A stretch of DNA of 64,000 nucleotides from NCBI GenBank assembly GCA_040285855.1, contig JAUFOQ010000004.1, positions 2,604,001 to 2,668,000 on the forward strand, given 5' to 3'. The notes under the pieces were generated by a model. That model saw nothing but the letters and a program-made list of their open reading frames with translations. It did not search any database and was not told where the DNA came from. Both the position numbers and the translations under genes were made by a program. Source of the DNA: Eukaryota sp. GEM-RC1 (Eukaryota). Every line of letters begins with the position of its first letter. Within the stretch, counting starts at the first letter, position 1. Of this stretch, positions 51,576-64,000 are shown in pieces.

Positions 51576-52490
51576 ATCCATACAGCGCTATTAAACACCT
51601 TACCATTAGAACGACATAAAAGACTGAAATCACTGAAAAACTTTAAACCGGCTGGACCAATATGACCAAAAATTGAAATTGCAAAGGGAACAAATGAAAA
51701 CTTAGAATATAGATTTTCATTAAGCTTCTGCAAAACATCCGCATAATTTGAACAATTTCGCTGTTCAGCCTTTTCCAAATGACCATTCGAATCATTCAAT
51801 ATGGAGTCTTGGTAGACTTTTGCAAACGGGTCAACTGTAGTAAAATCAACAACAACTTGAGATGAATACAGCAAAGGAGCAATTAAGTCACCACACCGAA
51901 AATCAAACACGGTATTGTCACTATAATGTTTCAGAAGAGGTTCAATTTTACAACTATAATTGTAGGATTTGAACATTTCATAAGTAACGTCACGAACAGC
52001 GTTATGTAGAACAGATCGAAATTGCAAAAATTTCTTGCAACTAGCAACATGACGAAATGCGGTTGTAGATCGGTTATCGCAAACACAGATTGAATTATTT
52101 AGCAAACCACTAGGGAATAAACCTAAACGAAGACGCATATTTTGCTTCCAAGCATCATTGTTCAAATGTAAACCAAAATGCCACAAGAGAAAGTTGAAAA
52201 GTTGAATAAATATACAGACCAAACAGCCAAACGAAGACGCATATTGACCATGCAAGCTTCATCAAATAGATGTAATCCATACACCTTTGGAATTTGAGAA
52301 ATAAATCCAGAAGGTCCACTATTACAAATGCAGCGAACTCGGGACTATTAGTTTTAGCCAAGCTAATACGATTATAAGAGTCCAAGAGTTCAAACTCCAT
52401 AGTGGATTTGTTTTGCAGTTTACATACATCAGATGATAGAGATGAAATATTTTTTCCAGGAGTCTCCTTTAAGTTAGTAGGGAACAGAAT
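51418..52490 (-). mobile_element. RLE non-LTR retrotransposon, 3' portion
   Basis: NMRLRLGL..C.C..H...C...RSVLHNAVRD, IEP, GDL, DFTTVDP; same family as 14272-14791. Confidence 0.9.
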
Positions 52491-53864
52491 ATTGTATCTT
52501 ATCAGCGGTTTGCGTGATAATAAAAAGCAATGGTGTAAAAGTGGTTGTTGACATGAACAAACATACTAAGATATGGTAGGTTAATATCGGTTTTGCGCAG
52601 TAGGTTAATTAGAGTACAGTCAACCCTGGATATAGTATATACATTATATGAACCTCCTAAGAATAACTTTCACTGAGAATTCAAAATTCAATCATAATCA
52701 CAATGAATTTCTTGCCACTTCTAAGACCATTTATCAATAAAAATAAAATTTGTTAAAAAAACTTCTAAGACCATTGGAGAGCGGCTTGATGTTAATTTAA
52801 TAGATTCCAAATTCAAATTCTGAATTTTTAAAAAAATGTTAAATATAAAGTCCTTTTTATCAAACAATGCACAAGGATTAAGAACAGCTTAATTGATCTA
52901 CAGTAAATATTGGGACGTCCGCTGTGTAACGTGAGGTTCTCCTCGTCTTGGAGCGGGGTCAAACTGAGTAAACTTATAGTTGCAAAAGTCATCAAACTCC
53001 ATGATAGCAGCTTGATTCCCACATCGATAACAGTCTGAAATAAGAGAGAAAAACGAAACAAACAGTTTGGAGCTGAAAAAACAGTAACAACTTTGGAGTC
53101 ATGATTCCAGTTATATCCATTCATTACCAGTTGATGAGCACGGACTATCAGCTTCAGCTTATTACGATGGCAAAAAGTCTCTGATATGTCTTGGCCAAAA
53201 GTATAACCAGCACCTCTTGGTGATGCTCCCCAACCAATTCTCTCATCAGGATCTGACCAAAGAATGTCACACATGGCTCCTTCATGAGGAGCTTCCATCT
53301 TTCTGTCAAGAGCTCGAATCTGATCAACAGTTTCAAAGGAAGGACTTAAACCTCCGTGCAGACAGAAGATTGAGTTATCTATTAGAGCAGCAAGTGGCAG
53401 GCAGTCGAATAAGTCTGTAAAAAGTTTCCACAGATTAGGAGAACTATACTTACGGCAGCATTCATCATAGAAGCCATAGACTTGAGTAATTTGACGTGAT
53501 TCGTGATTTCCTCTAAGAAGAGACACTCTAGAAGGATATCGGACCATTAGAGCTACAAGTAGGGTGGCAACTTCAAGTGAATAATATCCTCGATCTACGT
53601 AATCTCCGAGATATAAAAAGTTTGTGTTCGGACTGTCACCAGTAATGGCAAACAACTCCAAAAGATCGAAAAATTGACCGTGTATATCACCAACAACTGT
53701 TATAGGAGATTGTACTTGAATTACATTGGCTTTGGAGACAAGGAGCTCCATTCCTTGATAACATAGTTCGGTGATGGATTCTTCAGAAGGAAGTTGTGAA
53801 TTGCGAAGTTGAGAGATTATTGCATCTAGATTGTAAGTCATTTAGGGAAATGATTTGGCTTGAA
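52411..53864 (-). repeat. Right arm of the inverted duplication
   Basis: Reverse complement of 47996-49450. Confidence 0.95.
52898..53841 (-). CDS. PP2A-C: PP2A catalytic subunit, copy 2; intron 53035-53063; frame intact
   Basis: Same motifs as copy 1; spliced tail [16 protein letters not shown]. Confidence 0.95.
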
Positions 53865-53962
53865 AGGTCTAGGTGTGAAAGTGTTGTGGAATAATTGATC
53901 CAGATTTCTTGTGGGTTCTCGTTCCACTCTACTTAGCCGACTACACAGGCTTCAGTTTCCTG

Positions 53963-54918
53963 ATGAAAAACTCACTACTTACTATAACCCTCCTTCTCCT
54001 CTTTGTTTCTCTAGTTTTTGCGAATGTTTCTGAACGACGAGTTCGACATCACGACTTCTATAAAACCCTCAACGTTCCACGTAATGCTACTGAAGATATG
54101 ATCAAAAAGGCTTTCAGAAAGATTCTCATTACACAACATCCTGACAAAGCTGAAACTACCGAAGACCGTGTTAAGGCGGAGAAGATGTTCCCCCTCTATA
54201 ACGAGGCTTATGAGGTCCTTTCTGACTCAGAGTTGCGTAGGGAACTTGATGCTCTGCTAGATGGGAAGACTTTTGTTTGGTACAGTGTTACAGGCAGACC
54301 TTTGGATGGGAGGTATGGGTTTCCTATTCTGTATGCTGTTTTTGTTGTTGTGCACTGGTTCTACAAGTATTACCGTTATAAGGTGAACTACAACGAGGTT
54401 CAACGACGCTTGAAAATGAAGGTTGAGTTTGAAAGGAAACGTTTATCTAGAAAGGCTAAAAAGGAAGAAAAACGCCTGAAACAGCAGTTCAATCAGGTTG
54501 CCAGACAATCAAAAAGGAAAGCAGCTCAACTAAACCCTGATGACGAACTTCGCAAAATCAAAGAGCAACAAGAACAACAATTAGATGATTTAGAGAACAC
54601 CAAGATTGAACTAACAGGAGGGGTCCACTTCCCAGGCTGGAGAGATTGTTTAGTGTACAAGAATATTGTATTTGTTCCAACAACTGTAATGTATTTTACT
54701 CGACTAATACGGTATTATTTATTAGGATTACGAACTTATGATGATGTTGTGTTTAAATTTAGACAACAGTTTTCTCTGTCCACGGATTCTTTCCAAGTGT
54801 ATGAAGATGCACCAATGGTACAAGCTTTGTTGAAAAGGACGCTGGTTTAGACCCTGATCAGTCGTGGCCTGAAGGTCAAGGACCAAAACCAAAAGAAGAC
54901 AAACCTAAAGATGAGTAG
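53963..54918 (+). CDS. ER-type membrane J-domain (DnaJ) protein
   Basis: N-terminal hydrophobic signal, DFYKTLNV..IKKAFR..HPDK..AYEVLSD, TM segment, charged coiled coil; a probable frameshift near 54833 extends the C-terminus to KPKDE. Confidence 0.85.
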
Positions 54919-55863
54919 TAATTAATAGTATTTGTTTTGAAGGTTGAACTGTTTTGTGACGGATTCTGTTATTTTGTGATTTATGACCAATTGATAAATG
55001 GTGTTCATTATAATGATATGTTCGTTGGAAAGAGAGTTAGTGACGAATGAGCAAAGAACAGGACATGGTAAAAGTATGCAAATGTAATGAAATACATCCC
55101 AGTAAATTAATCAAGTCCAGACAAAGAATTGAGCGATTAGGAATTGATTTAATAATCAACTACCAGTTAAGTTGTAAACCCTAACTGAGAGTGTTAATTC
55201 TAAGATAAGATTCTTGTCACGTTTTGTTGTCAGTTGTTGTATGTTTCACTTTGATTCTTTTTAACTTGTCTAATTTTGACTGACTTTACTCTCTCAGTAT
55301 TATTTCTTAATTAAAGGAGAACATTAAATTTAAATGAGTTTTTCGGTTTGAAAACTTGTGTTCAGAATATGCAAAGAAGTTCAAGTAGGATTGTAAGGGT
55401 TGATTTAGCCTAGAAACGTAGGAATCCTTCCAAACAGCACAAATTAATAGAATTATAACAGTAATTTTAACATAAATGGAATTCTATATTTGTAACTGTA
55501 TATAAAAAGCGTTTTCCTTAATGAAAATCGTCACATTACTCTTATCGACAGGTATCGATTCATCCTACTGTAATATACCACAGAAGTAGAGGAGTATTGT
55601 CAAAGTCCATGAAACCGTTGTATTTCAGGTTTTCTTGGCATGTTAACTGCCGCTTGGAAATTCTACATTTCAAAAAACAACATTGACGTCACTTCTTTCC
55701 ATGACGTCATCAATGCCAAACGTACTAGTTGATGTTGGTATTTAATTCTCAATTATGATCTATAAGTATGTATATCCACACAGTATTTCTATGCATTACA
55801 GCAGCAACCTCATGATCAAATATGAAAAGCCATTTTATTGGCAATAAATAAAATATACACAAA

Positions 55864-58800
55864 TTATAAGTTGGCAGTTAATTGAATCAAACAATACCCA
55901 CTCAACACAATACAGAAATATCTATCAAACTTCTTGGACATCAACGCAACAAACAAAAGAAGCATTGTAGAGAAGATTAAAAATATTTTGAAAGGAACAA
56001 AAACCTCACAGAAAAACAACACACAAGAGCCAAAAAACCACATGAAAAAGTAGGATCTGGTATGGGCAAGGAATATAAACAAACCGACAAACATCACAAT
56101 ACATACAACAAACGAAATAGTAAAGGAATTACGAATTAAATGATACACAACATTGGGTAGAACTAGTAGAAAAACAAAAACATCAATCAATCCAGGAAAA
56201 ATGATTTTTCTCAAAAGCTGACTATAATTGCTAGATGTAATTAAAATAAAAAGAAAATATAAAGCGACATTGGACAATTTCAAAAATAATAACCACAATA
56301 AAGTTTGATAAAATACATCCAAATGAACAAATGAAAAGAAAGAAGTGGCCAAAAGACTGAGAAATCCGGATAATGAATGAGGATGAAATAAAAGAGAAGT
56401 TGGAAACACTAGTAAAATATTAAGTTTTGGTTTCTTTAGTAACTTTCGTTTGATAGATTCATGTAAGAAAAACTCTTTCTTATCTATCTTTTTGATCCGT
56501 AAGAAATTATCAAGATCTAGACGAACATAATAAAAATTAAATGAGATACATATACTAACACATAAAACAACAATCAAAATTGACTGCCACGAGAAACCAG
56601 TTTTAATACACTGACCTCCCGCAAAGATATAATCTGGAGAGCAATCAAGACATTGATCACCAGAATGACCATCAATACAAGAATTATTTCGACACAAATA
56701 TTTAAAATAACACTGAGAATGATCAAAAGGAGTGGAGAAAAGAAAGCCATCTGAGTAAGAATTTACTTGTCCAAAATCACAGTCAACAAACGAAGGGCAA
56801 TCGAAACACGATTGACCATCAATGTCAAGAGAATTCTTTGGACAGACACAATCATTTAAACTAGAAGCACCCTTGATTAAAGTGACACGTGGATAAGGAC
56901 AATTACGACAAACTTGAGGAGCAGACATATCAGAAAAAGAATTTAAAGTACAAAGTAAACAGCTACCAGACGCCCGGGATAACTGAAATCCCAAATCACA
57001 AATACACCTTCCATTACTGAAAACTTTTGGAAATTGACAGTCTAAAGCAACCAAAGACAGAAATACAGTGGATGATTCATAAGAAAACAGTAATTGAATC
57101 TCCGTTAAAGGAGGAGAAATAATAGCAAAGGAGTTAGAAGAAGAAGTCTGAAGAAGGGTATAATCAGAGAAAATTGTTATTGATGAAAGTGAAACATTTG
57201 CTGAATAGAACGATGTGTCAAAGTATATGTTAAATACAACACTAAATTCAAAAACTGTACAGGTAAACTCATCGAAATTGTTTTCTTCACACGGAGATGG
57301 AGATGAATCTAAAAGACTTACAAACAGCTCTTGTCTCACAGTTTGAACTAACGTATAACTCAAATAAGAAACAAATACTTCAGAATTGAAGTAAGATTCA
57401 TATACAAGTAAATGGTTTCCCAAAGTATAAGAAGGGGAAATGTAAATGGAACAGAAAGTTTGAGTGCAATTGGAAATTGTCATGTTAAGCGTTGAATAAA
57501 GCACATCAAAATTTAAATTTTGGCAGGAAACAACGAAACCAAATTCATCACGACAGTTTACTGCAATAGTATCGTCATTTGAGAATATAATTGAAGAGTT
57601 TAATTCAAAAACTGTGGAATTGTGGGCTCATACTTTAAAACATGAGACACAGCTGACGTGTAGCAATCGGAAGCTTCAATCACAGTGTCAAATGTAACTA
57701 GATTGGTGATTTCAGTGACACGGGGTGAAGTTTCGACCAAAAATTGAGAAACATTGTAGAATTGCTGTCCGTTGAAATGAATAAAGGAAGTAATATCAAC
57801 AAAAGATCCAATAGAAGAAAGACCTAAAAAGGTGTAGCTGGTTGAAGACACCTGGTAGGATCATAACCATAAACTTCAATTTCAAATATTGTTAGATTTT
57901 CTAAAACAACTAAAGAAATAGAGTTAGAAACCGAGAGGGAATCAAAAGTGAGTAAACACCTAGAAGCAAGTTCAAAACCATTAGAGATAGAGAAACACTC
58001 CCATGTGACATCAGCAAAATTTAAAATTTCTATTGGTGGATCTCTACGAGTACTTGCCTCACAATCAGCACGTGAAGTGATTGAAAAAGTGATGAAATGA
58101 AAGAATTGAGAAAATGAAATAGTAATATATGAATGATGTTTTACAGTAACTGAACATTGCAGGATAGACCCTTGACAGCACCGGAAACCATTGACAACAC
58201 TAGACCAATCACCTTCATAGTAATCAATCAAAAATGATTGGGACGACAGTGGAAGAGCAAGTTCTGATGGAATCACGTAACAGTCATGAGAAAAGAGACC
58301 TTCAACAGAAGCTAAATAAGAATCAATTAATTTAAAATTATGAGAGACAACTGATACATTTGTAGTGGGAGAAATAAGGGAAGTGAAAGCACCAATACAA
58401 ATGATTTCAGTGTCAGAGACAATTCTCAACGGGAAAGTTGACGTCATCAATTCTACAAAAGAAGTTAAACTGATCAGTCATTGTATCAACAATTACTGAC
58501 AAGTCTCTTGGAGATGAAATTGAAACAAATTCAGTTATTGTAGTTATTGAAAGTTTAAAAACTGAAATAGATTCAATAATAAAGGGCGAGAAGTTGGAAA
58601 AACTCCATGTAATATTTACCAAAGAGAATCCAGCAGGGAAAACATCAGGAACAAAACAGGTAACTAAAACATTATCTGTGTGATCATCAACAACAAAATT
58701 TAAAATTTGGTTCTTCACGTTGAAGGACCCATTCTTGACATAATTTTCAACAAAAACAGAAAGAGTTGCATCATTGTAGTAAACAATACTCAAATTTAAA

Positions 58801-61800
58801 GAATTTAAGTGGAAAACTGGAAAAGGAATCACTTCTAATGGAACTAATAGTTCTGACACGTGGCGGTCCTCCGTGATTGACAACAAAACGTGACCAACCC
58901 CAGAAACTGAGAAACGGACCAAAATTGAGAGATAATATTCCAAAAGTACTTCAGAAACTTCACATTCCGAATTCTCAACACAAGAAACGTCATAACTCCA
59001 ATCCTTGTAAACAGGAACAGGAAACTGTACAAGTGTGTCTAAACCACTGAGCAATTGACTATAGTTTTTGGAAAAGGAAAATCTTGACACAATATTTCAA
59101 TTTCTCTATAATTTTGCTCAGCTGATACAATAACAGAAGATGGACAGTTATTCAAATCGAGTAAATTTAACTCATTGTATCCCAAATAGATATTAAACTG
59201 CAAATCATTTAAAAAAATGGAGACGACATCCATGGAATCATAAAAGAAAATTAATTTAGAAGATAGAAAGATCGTTGGGAAAACCAGTGCATCGATAATT
59301 TCAATATCTACTTCGGTAGTTGACATGGAAATTCCTGAAAATGTACTAATCGAATATTCTCCAATACCTACATCAGACAAGTGAAGTCTCAAATGTTCTT
59401 CATCTAGAACATCAAATCGGATGTGAAAATCACTAATGAAAATATGATCACTCCAATCAACGTGATATCTTCCTAAATTGGTTGCTTGTAGATCAAATGA
59501 AAAAACTGACCCTATTCCAAAGTAAACAAACTGAGAAGATGATATATCTAAGAGCTGTACCACTGGTGGTAACTCTGAAACAGGAAAGCAAATATCATCC
59601 CTACATAAGTAAATGATAGGTTCAATGGCAGTCGGTGTAAACGTCAACAAAGTACTATTAAATTCAGTGGTATAATCAATAATATCAGCTCTAATACCTT
59701 GCGGGGTCAGCATTGATAGGTCAATTGTAGGATCTGGAAACAAAAACACGTGTTTGACAAGTTGTTCCTACAAAACAAACTCCAGAGTCCATTAAACTTG
59801 ATATGGTAGCAATAATGATTTCAAAATGAGTCACTAACGTTGGAGTAAACTGTAAGATGCAAGAATATTCACTCAAACTGGAATTGAAATTAGAAACCCC
59901 AGCTGCAATTCTATTAAAATTACTAGAACTAGAACCATAACTTACTGAAACCCCATCACAAGTTAAGTTTGAATAAGGTAAACACGATGAAACCAACAAC
60001 TGACCCAACTGAGTGCTATAAATGGAAAACGGCCCTCCTTGAATTGGTAAAACTTCTGGAAAGACATGAATAGAAGGAGCGTGTAAGTTAATTGAAATAG
60101 AATTGCTTAATTGACCGGCTACCAACAAGTGCAAACTAATAGTCTGTACGTCAGTAACACAAATTGATAGAATATTTACGATTATTAATTGATGGTAAGC
60201 GCTGAAAATTTCATATTCTACATCAGTAACATTTTCGAAGCGAAGTACAATGAATTCTGGAATTCCCAAGTTTTCCCCAAAAATTGAAAAATCTCCAGCA
60301 AAAGATAAACTATGAGGGGCAAATTCCGTAATTGTTGGTATTCCATAACAAAAAGTAGACGTGGACAACGGTCTACGTTCAGGAAGGAAGTGGATTGTAT
60401 GACACCCAGCACCAGGTGGAATATATACAGACAATGAGAAATGCGAATGATCAGTAGAAACAGACGCTAATCCAAGAGACGGAACTTGTACTAAAATGGA
60501 AAAGAATTTGAACCAAAGTTTTGACCGGTTACTTCTAAATCAGATCCAAAAGTAAAAGGTGCTGATAAATGAGTTACATTGAAAGGACAAATGGGAATAG
60601 ATTGGTTAATTAATGTAAACTGATTGTTAATGGTGAAACTGAAAAGAATGTCATTAAACTCCTGATCCAGTCCAGAAATGTCGAAAAATAATACCTCAAA
60701 AGAAGAAGAATGAATACTGTAACTCGATTCAGACGATCCCTGGAAAGTGAAATATTCAAAATTGTTGATAAATTGAACATGTTCAAAGAGCACTGATACT
60801 CGACATTTAAAAGTAGGACAGCAAAAGAATTACTGGAAGTGAATACATCAAATACGTAAATATTTAAAATTATATACGGATCAGTACCCACAAAGTCAGA
60901 ATCCACTCGGTTTGTTAAGTTTTCAACAACAGAAAGAGAACCAGAATTGAGATTGATTTGAGAATACAAAGTGTCTAGCACTCTAATAACAAAGAACGGA
61001 TAACAAGTGGTGATATTAAATTCTGAAAAATTAATGACAAAATAAATATCTCCACTTGACCACTAATTGAGTCTAAATGCATTTTGGAAGATTTTTGTTC
61101 AATAGATGGAAAACACAAATCATGATTAATTTGTTTAATAACGAGTAACGAATTGTCGAGAACAATAGAATTAATTGAATTAGGAACGTGGAATAAGTAA
61201 ACTTTGGAAAATCTTAAATCAAGATTAGTAAAATTAAACAATGAACTCGGATCAAATAATACAGTGCCACTATTCAACAACAACGTGGCCTCCTCGGACC
61301 ATTTACCTTGAACCAACAGAGTACCAAAAATCAGAAGATGCTTAGAAGATGATAACACTGAAGAATAAGAAAGGGTAGTGTCAGAGAAAATGGAAAGAAA
61401 CGCAAAGTCAGTGAAACTTATTGTACCGTGGAAGATGGTAGGAATTTTTATGGAAGAATTTGATTGAATGGATACGTCATCCATAACAATAAATTGACTG
61501 GAATAGGCCAAGTCATAGCCAAGAGTATTGGTAGAAGGACGATCAATCAAATCAAAGTGACAATCTGAAAAGGAAACCACCCCTCGAAAAATAATCTGAC
61601 CTTGATCGACTGAAAAACGGGACGTAAAAATATTCATTGCGGATATTAGTAAGAACCGAGAGGATGAAATATAGAAATGTAAATTTGAAAACATCATAGG
61701 GGGGTTGAAATATTAAATCATGATTATTTGAAATGGCAACAAAGTTCAAAAAGTCACTATTCACATAGCAACGACCAACACAATTAGTAAACGCATCACC

Positions 61801-64000
61801 ACTAAATTCAGAGTCAGAAATGGAAAGCCAATCAGCAGAAATGTTACCAGATCCCAGTCGTTTTGAATCAATCAAAGTCAGATTATTGAAGAATATTTCA
61901 AAAGAACGTGACTCTAAAGTAGAACCCTGCAAAATGAAAACATCCAAAATGGCACTTTCAGAAGATTCTTGAAGATGAAAATCAAGATGACAATTAGCAG
62001 AAGTAAAATTATTAACATTCAATGAAAATGTATCTATAAACGAAACCGAATTACCACCAGAAGAATTCAGAACAAGAATTTCTGGAAAAGAAAAGTGTCC
62101 CCCAGTAAGTGAAAATTCACCGTCAACAAGCATAATAGATGGAATTTCAATTAAAACAAGATGATTCAAATAATTAAGCTCTATTATGCCAGAATCTACT
62201 TCAAAAGAAGTGTCAAGTTTAAAGTCAGTATCTGCGATGTTCAGAAATGCCGAATTAGAGAGATACACAAATGGAGTATCAATTATGGAGTTCTCTACAA
62301 ATTTAAATTCTCCTTTGGAATGATTAAAATATTCAACTCCAATGAAAGTTCCCTTAATAGTTACAACAGGGTCAGAGTGTAACAATTCCAAATTATTGGG
62401 ATGTAATACAAAAGTGGAATCATCGTGAAAGACATAGGAAGAACCACAAAAGTTAGCATGTCCAGACTCTAAAATTGATAAATTACCAGTAAAATCGTTT
62501 GAATTAGTAAGAATCAATTGACCGTCAATGACAGATAGAAAACCAGTTAGATCTAGGTAATTTTCAACTTCAAGTGATCCTCCGTTGATAATATGGCTAG
62601 TTCCAGAAATTTTAAAATTTGAATCAGAATCGTCCGAAAGTAGAATACAACCACTAATATCCAGATGACCAGAAACTTCTAAGCTTGAAGATTCCAATTC
62701 AAAAACGAGTGTTGAAAAATCAGCAGTAAAATAAGAAGATCCAGAAAAGATTAAATCATGATTGTTGGAGATGGAAACCGTATTTGACACATCATTTTTC
62801 ACATAGCAACGACCAACACAATTAGTAAACGCATCACCACTGAATTCAGAGTCAGAAATAGAAAGCCAATCAGCAGAAATGTTACCAGATCCCAGTCGTT
62901 TTGAATCAATCAAAGTCAGATTATTGAAGAATATTTCAAAAGAACGTGACTCTAAAGTAGAACCCTGCAAAATGAAAACATCCAAAATGGCACTTTCAGA
63001 AGATTCTTGAAGATGAAAATCAAGATGACAATTAGCAGAAGTAAAATTATTAACATTCAATGAAAATGTATCTATAAACGAAACCGAATTACCACCAGAA
63101 GAATTCAGAACAAGAATTTCTGGAAAAGAAAAGTGTCCCCCAGTAAGTGAAAATTCACCGTCAACAAGCATAATAGATGGAATTTCAATTAAAACAAGAT
63201 GATTCAAATAATTAAGCTCTATTATGCCAGAATCTACTTCAAAAGAAGTGTCAAGTTTAAAGTCAGTATCTGCGATGTTCAGAAATGCCGAATTAGAGAG
63301 ATACACAAATGGAGTATCAATTATGGAGTTCTCTACAAATTTAAATTCTCCTTTGGAATGATTAAAATATTCAACTCCAATGAAAGTTCCCTTAATAGTT
63401 ACAACAGGGTCAGAGTGTAACAATTCCAAATTATTGGGATGTAATACAAAAGTGGAATCATCGTGAAAGACATAGGAAGAACCACAAAAGCTAGCATGTC
63501 CAGACTCTAAAATTGATAAATTACCAGTAAAATCGTTTGAATTAGTAAGAATCAATTGACCGTCAATGACAGATAGAAAACCAGTTAAATCTAGGTAATT
63601 TTCAACTTCAAGTGATCCTCCGTTGATAATATGGCTAGTTCCAGAAATTTTAAAATTTGAATCAGAATCGTCCGAAAGTAGAATACAACCACTAATATCC
63701 AGATGACCAAAAACTTCTAAGCTTGAAGACTCCAATTCAAAAACGAGTGTTGAAAAATCAGCAGTAAAATAAGAAGATCCAGAAAAGATTAAATCATGAT
63801 TGTTGGAGATGGAAACCGTATTTGACACATCATTTTTCACATAGCAACGACCAACACAATTAGTAAACGCATCACCACTAAATTCAGAGTCAGAAATGGA
63901 AAGCCAATCAGCAGAAATGTTACCAGATCCCAGTCGTTTTGAATCAATCAAAGTCAGATTATTGAAGAATATTTCAAAAGAACGCGACTCTAAAGTAGAT
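55864..64000 (-). CDS. Giant cell-surface membrane protein (beta-rich repeats, IPT/TIG-like segments, Cys-rich repeats, multi-pass C-terminus); many frameshifts; 5' end lies outside the window
   Basis: Chain of overlapping same-strand ORFs; ITEFAP..G.F.IFGENLG; C..C..NSFS...C..CP....T...GASSL.DC.C; several hydrophobic helices at the end. Confidence 0.75.
61760..64000 (-). repeat. 1038-bp (346-aa) near-identical coding tandem repeat, at least 2.1 units
   Basis: ttcacatagcaacgacc at 61760, 62798 and 63836. Confidence 0.97.

Noticed and set aside
62161..63420. Duplicated 73-aa plus-strand ORFs
   Set aside because: Antisense shadows of the 1038-bp coding repeat

Overview
AT-rich, gene-dense eukaryotic DNA, most consistent with an anaerobic or microaerophilic protist (inferred from PPDK, bacterial-type glycerate kinase and Maf, 29-31-nt GT-AG introns and 44-120-bp divergent intergenic gaps). 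Many ORFs are broken by 1-nt shifts at homopolymer runs, which look like long-read errors. Host genes: NDK, a FAM192A-like gene, Maf, glycerate kinase, midasin, an LRR/EF-hand protein, ProRS, PPDK, two inverted PP2A catalytic copies, an ER-type J-protein and a giant repeat surface protein. Mobile DNA: many RLE-type non-LTR fragments, hAT elements with 8-bp TSDs and a Ty3/Gypsy element with about 117-bp LTRs. The standout is about 3011-6909. After joining six homopolymer frameshifts it reads as a Fanzor1 (TnpB-derived RNA-guided nuclease) of about 1300 aa with an intact RuvC D-E-D triad. It is fused N-terminally to an apparently dead family-B DNA polymerase 3'-5' exonuclease domain, ends in a CCHC zinc knuckle, and is followed by a three-hairpin candidate omegaRNA. 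All calls come from motif reading by eye; no searches were run.
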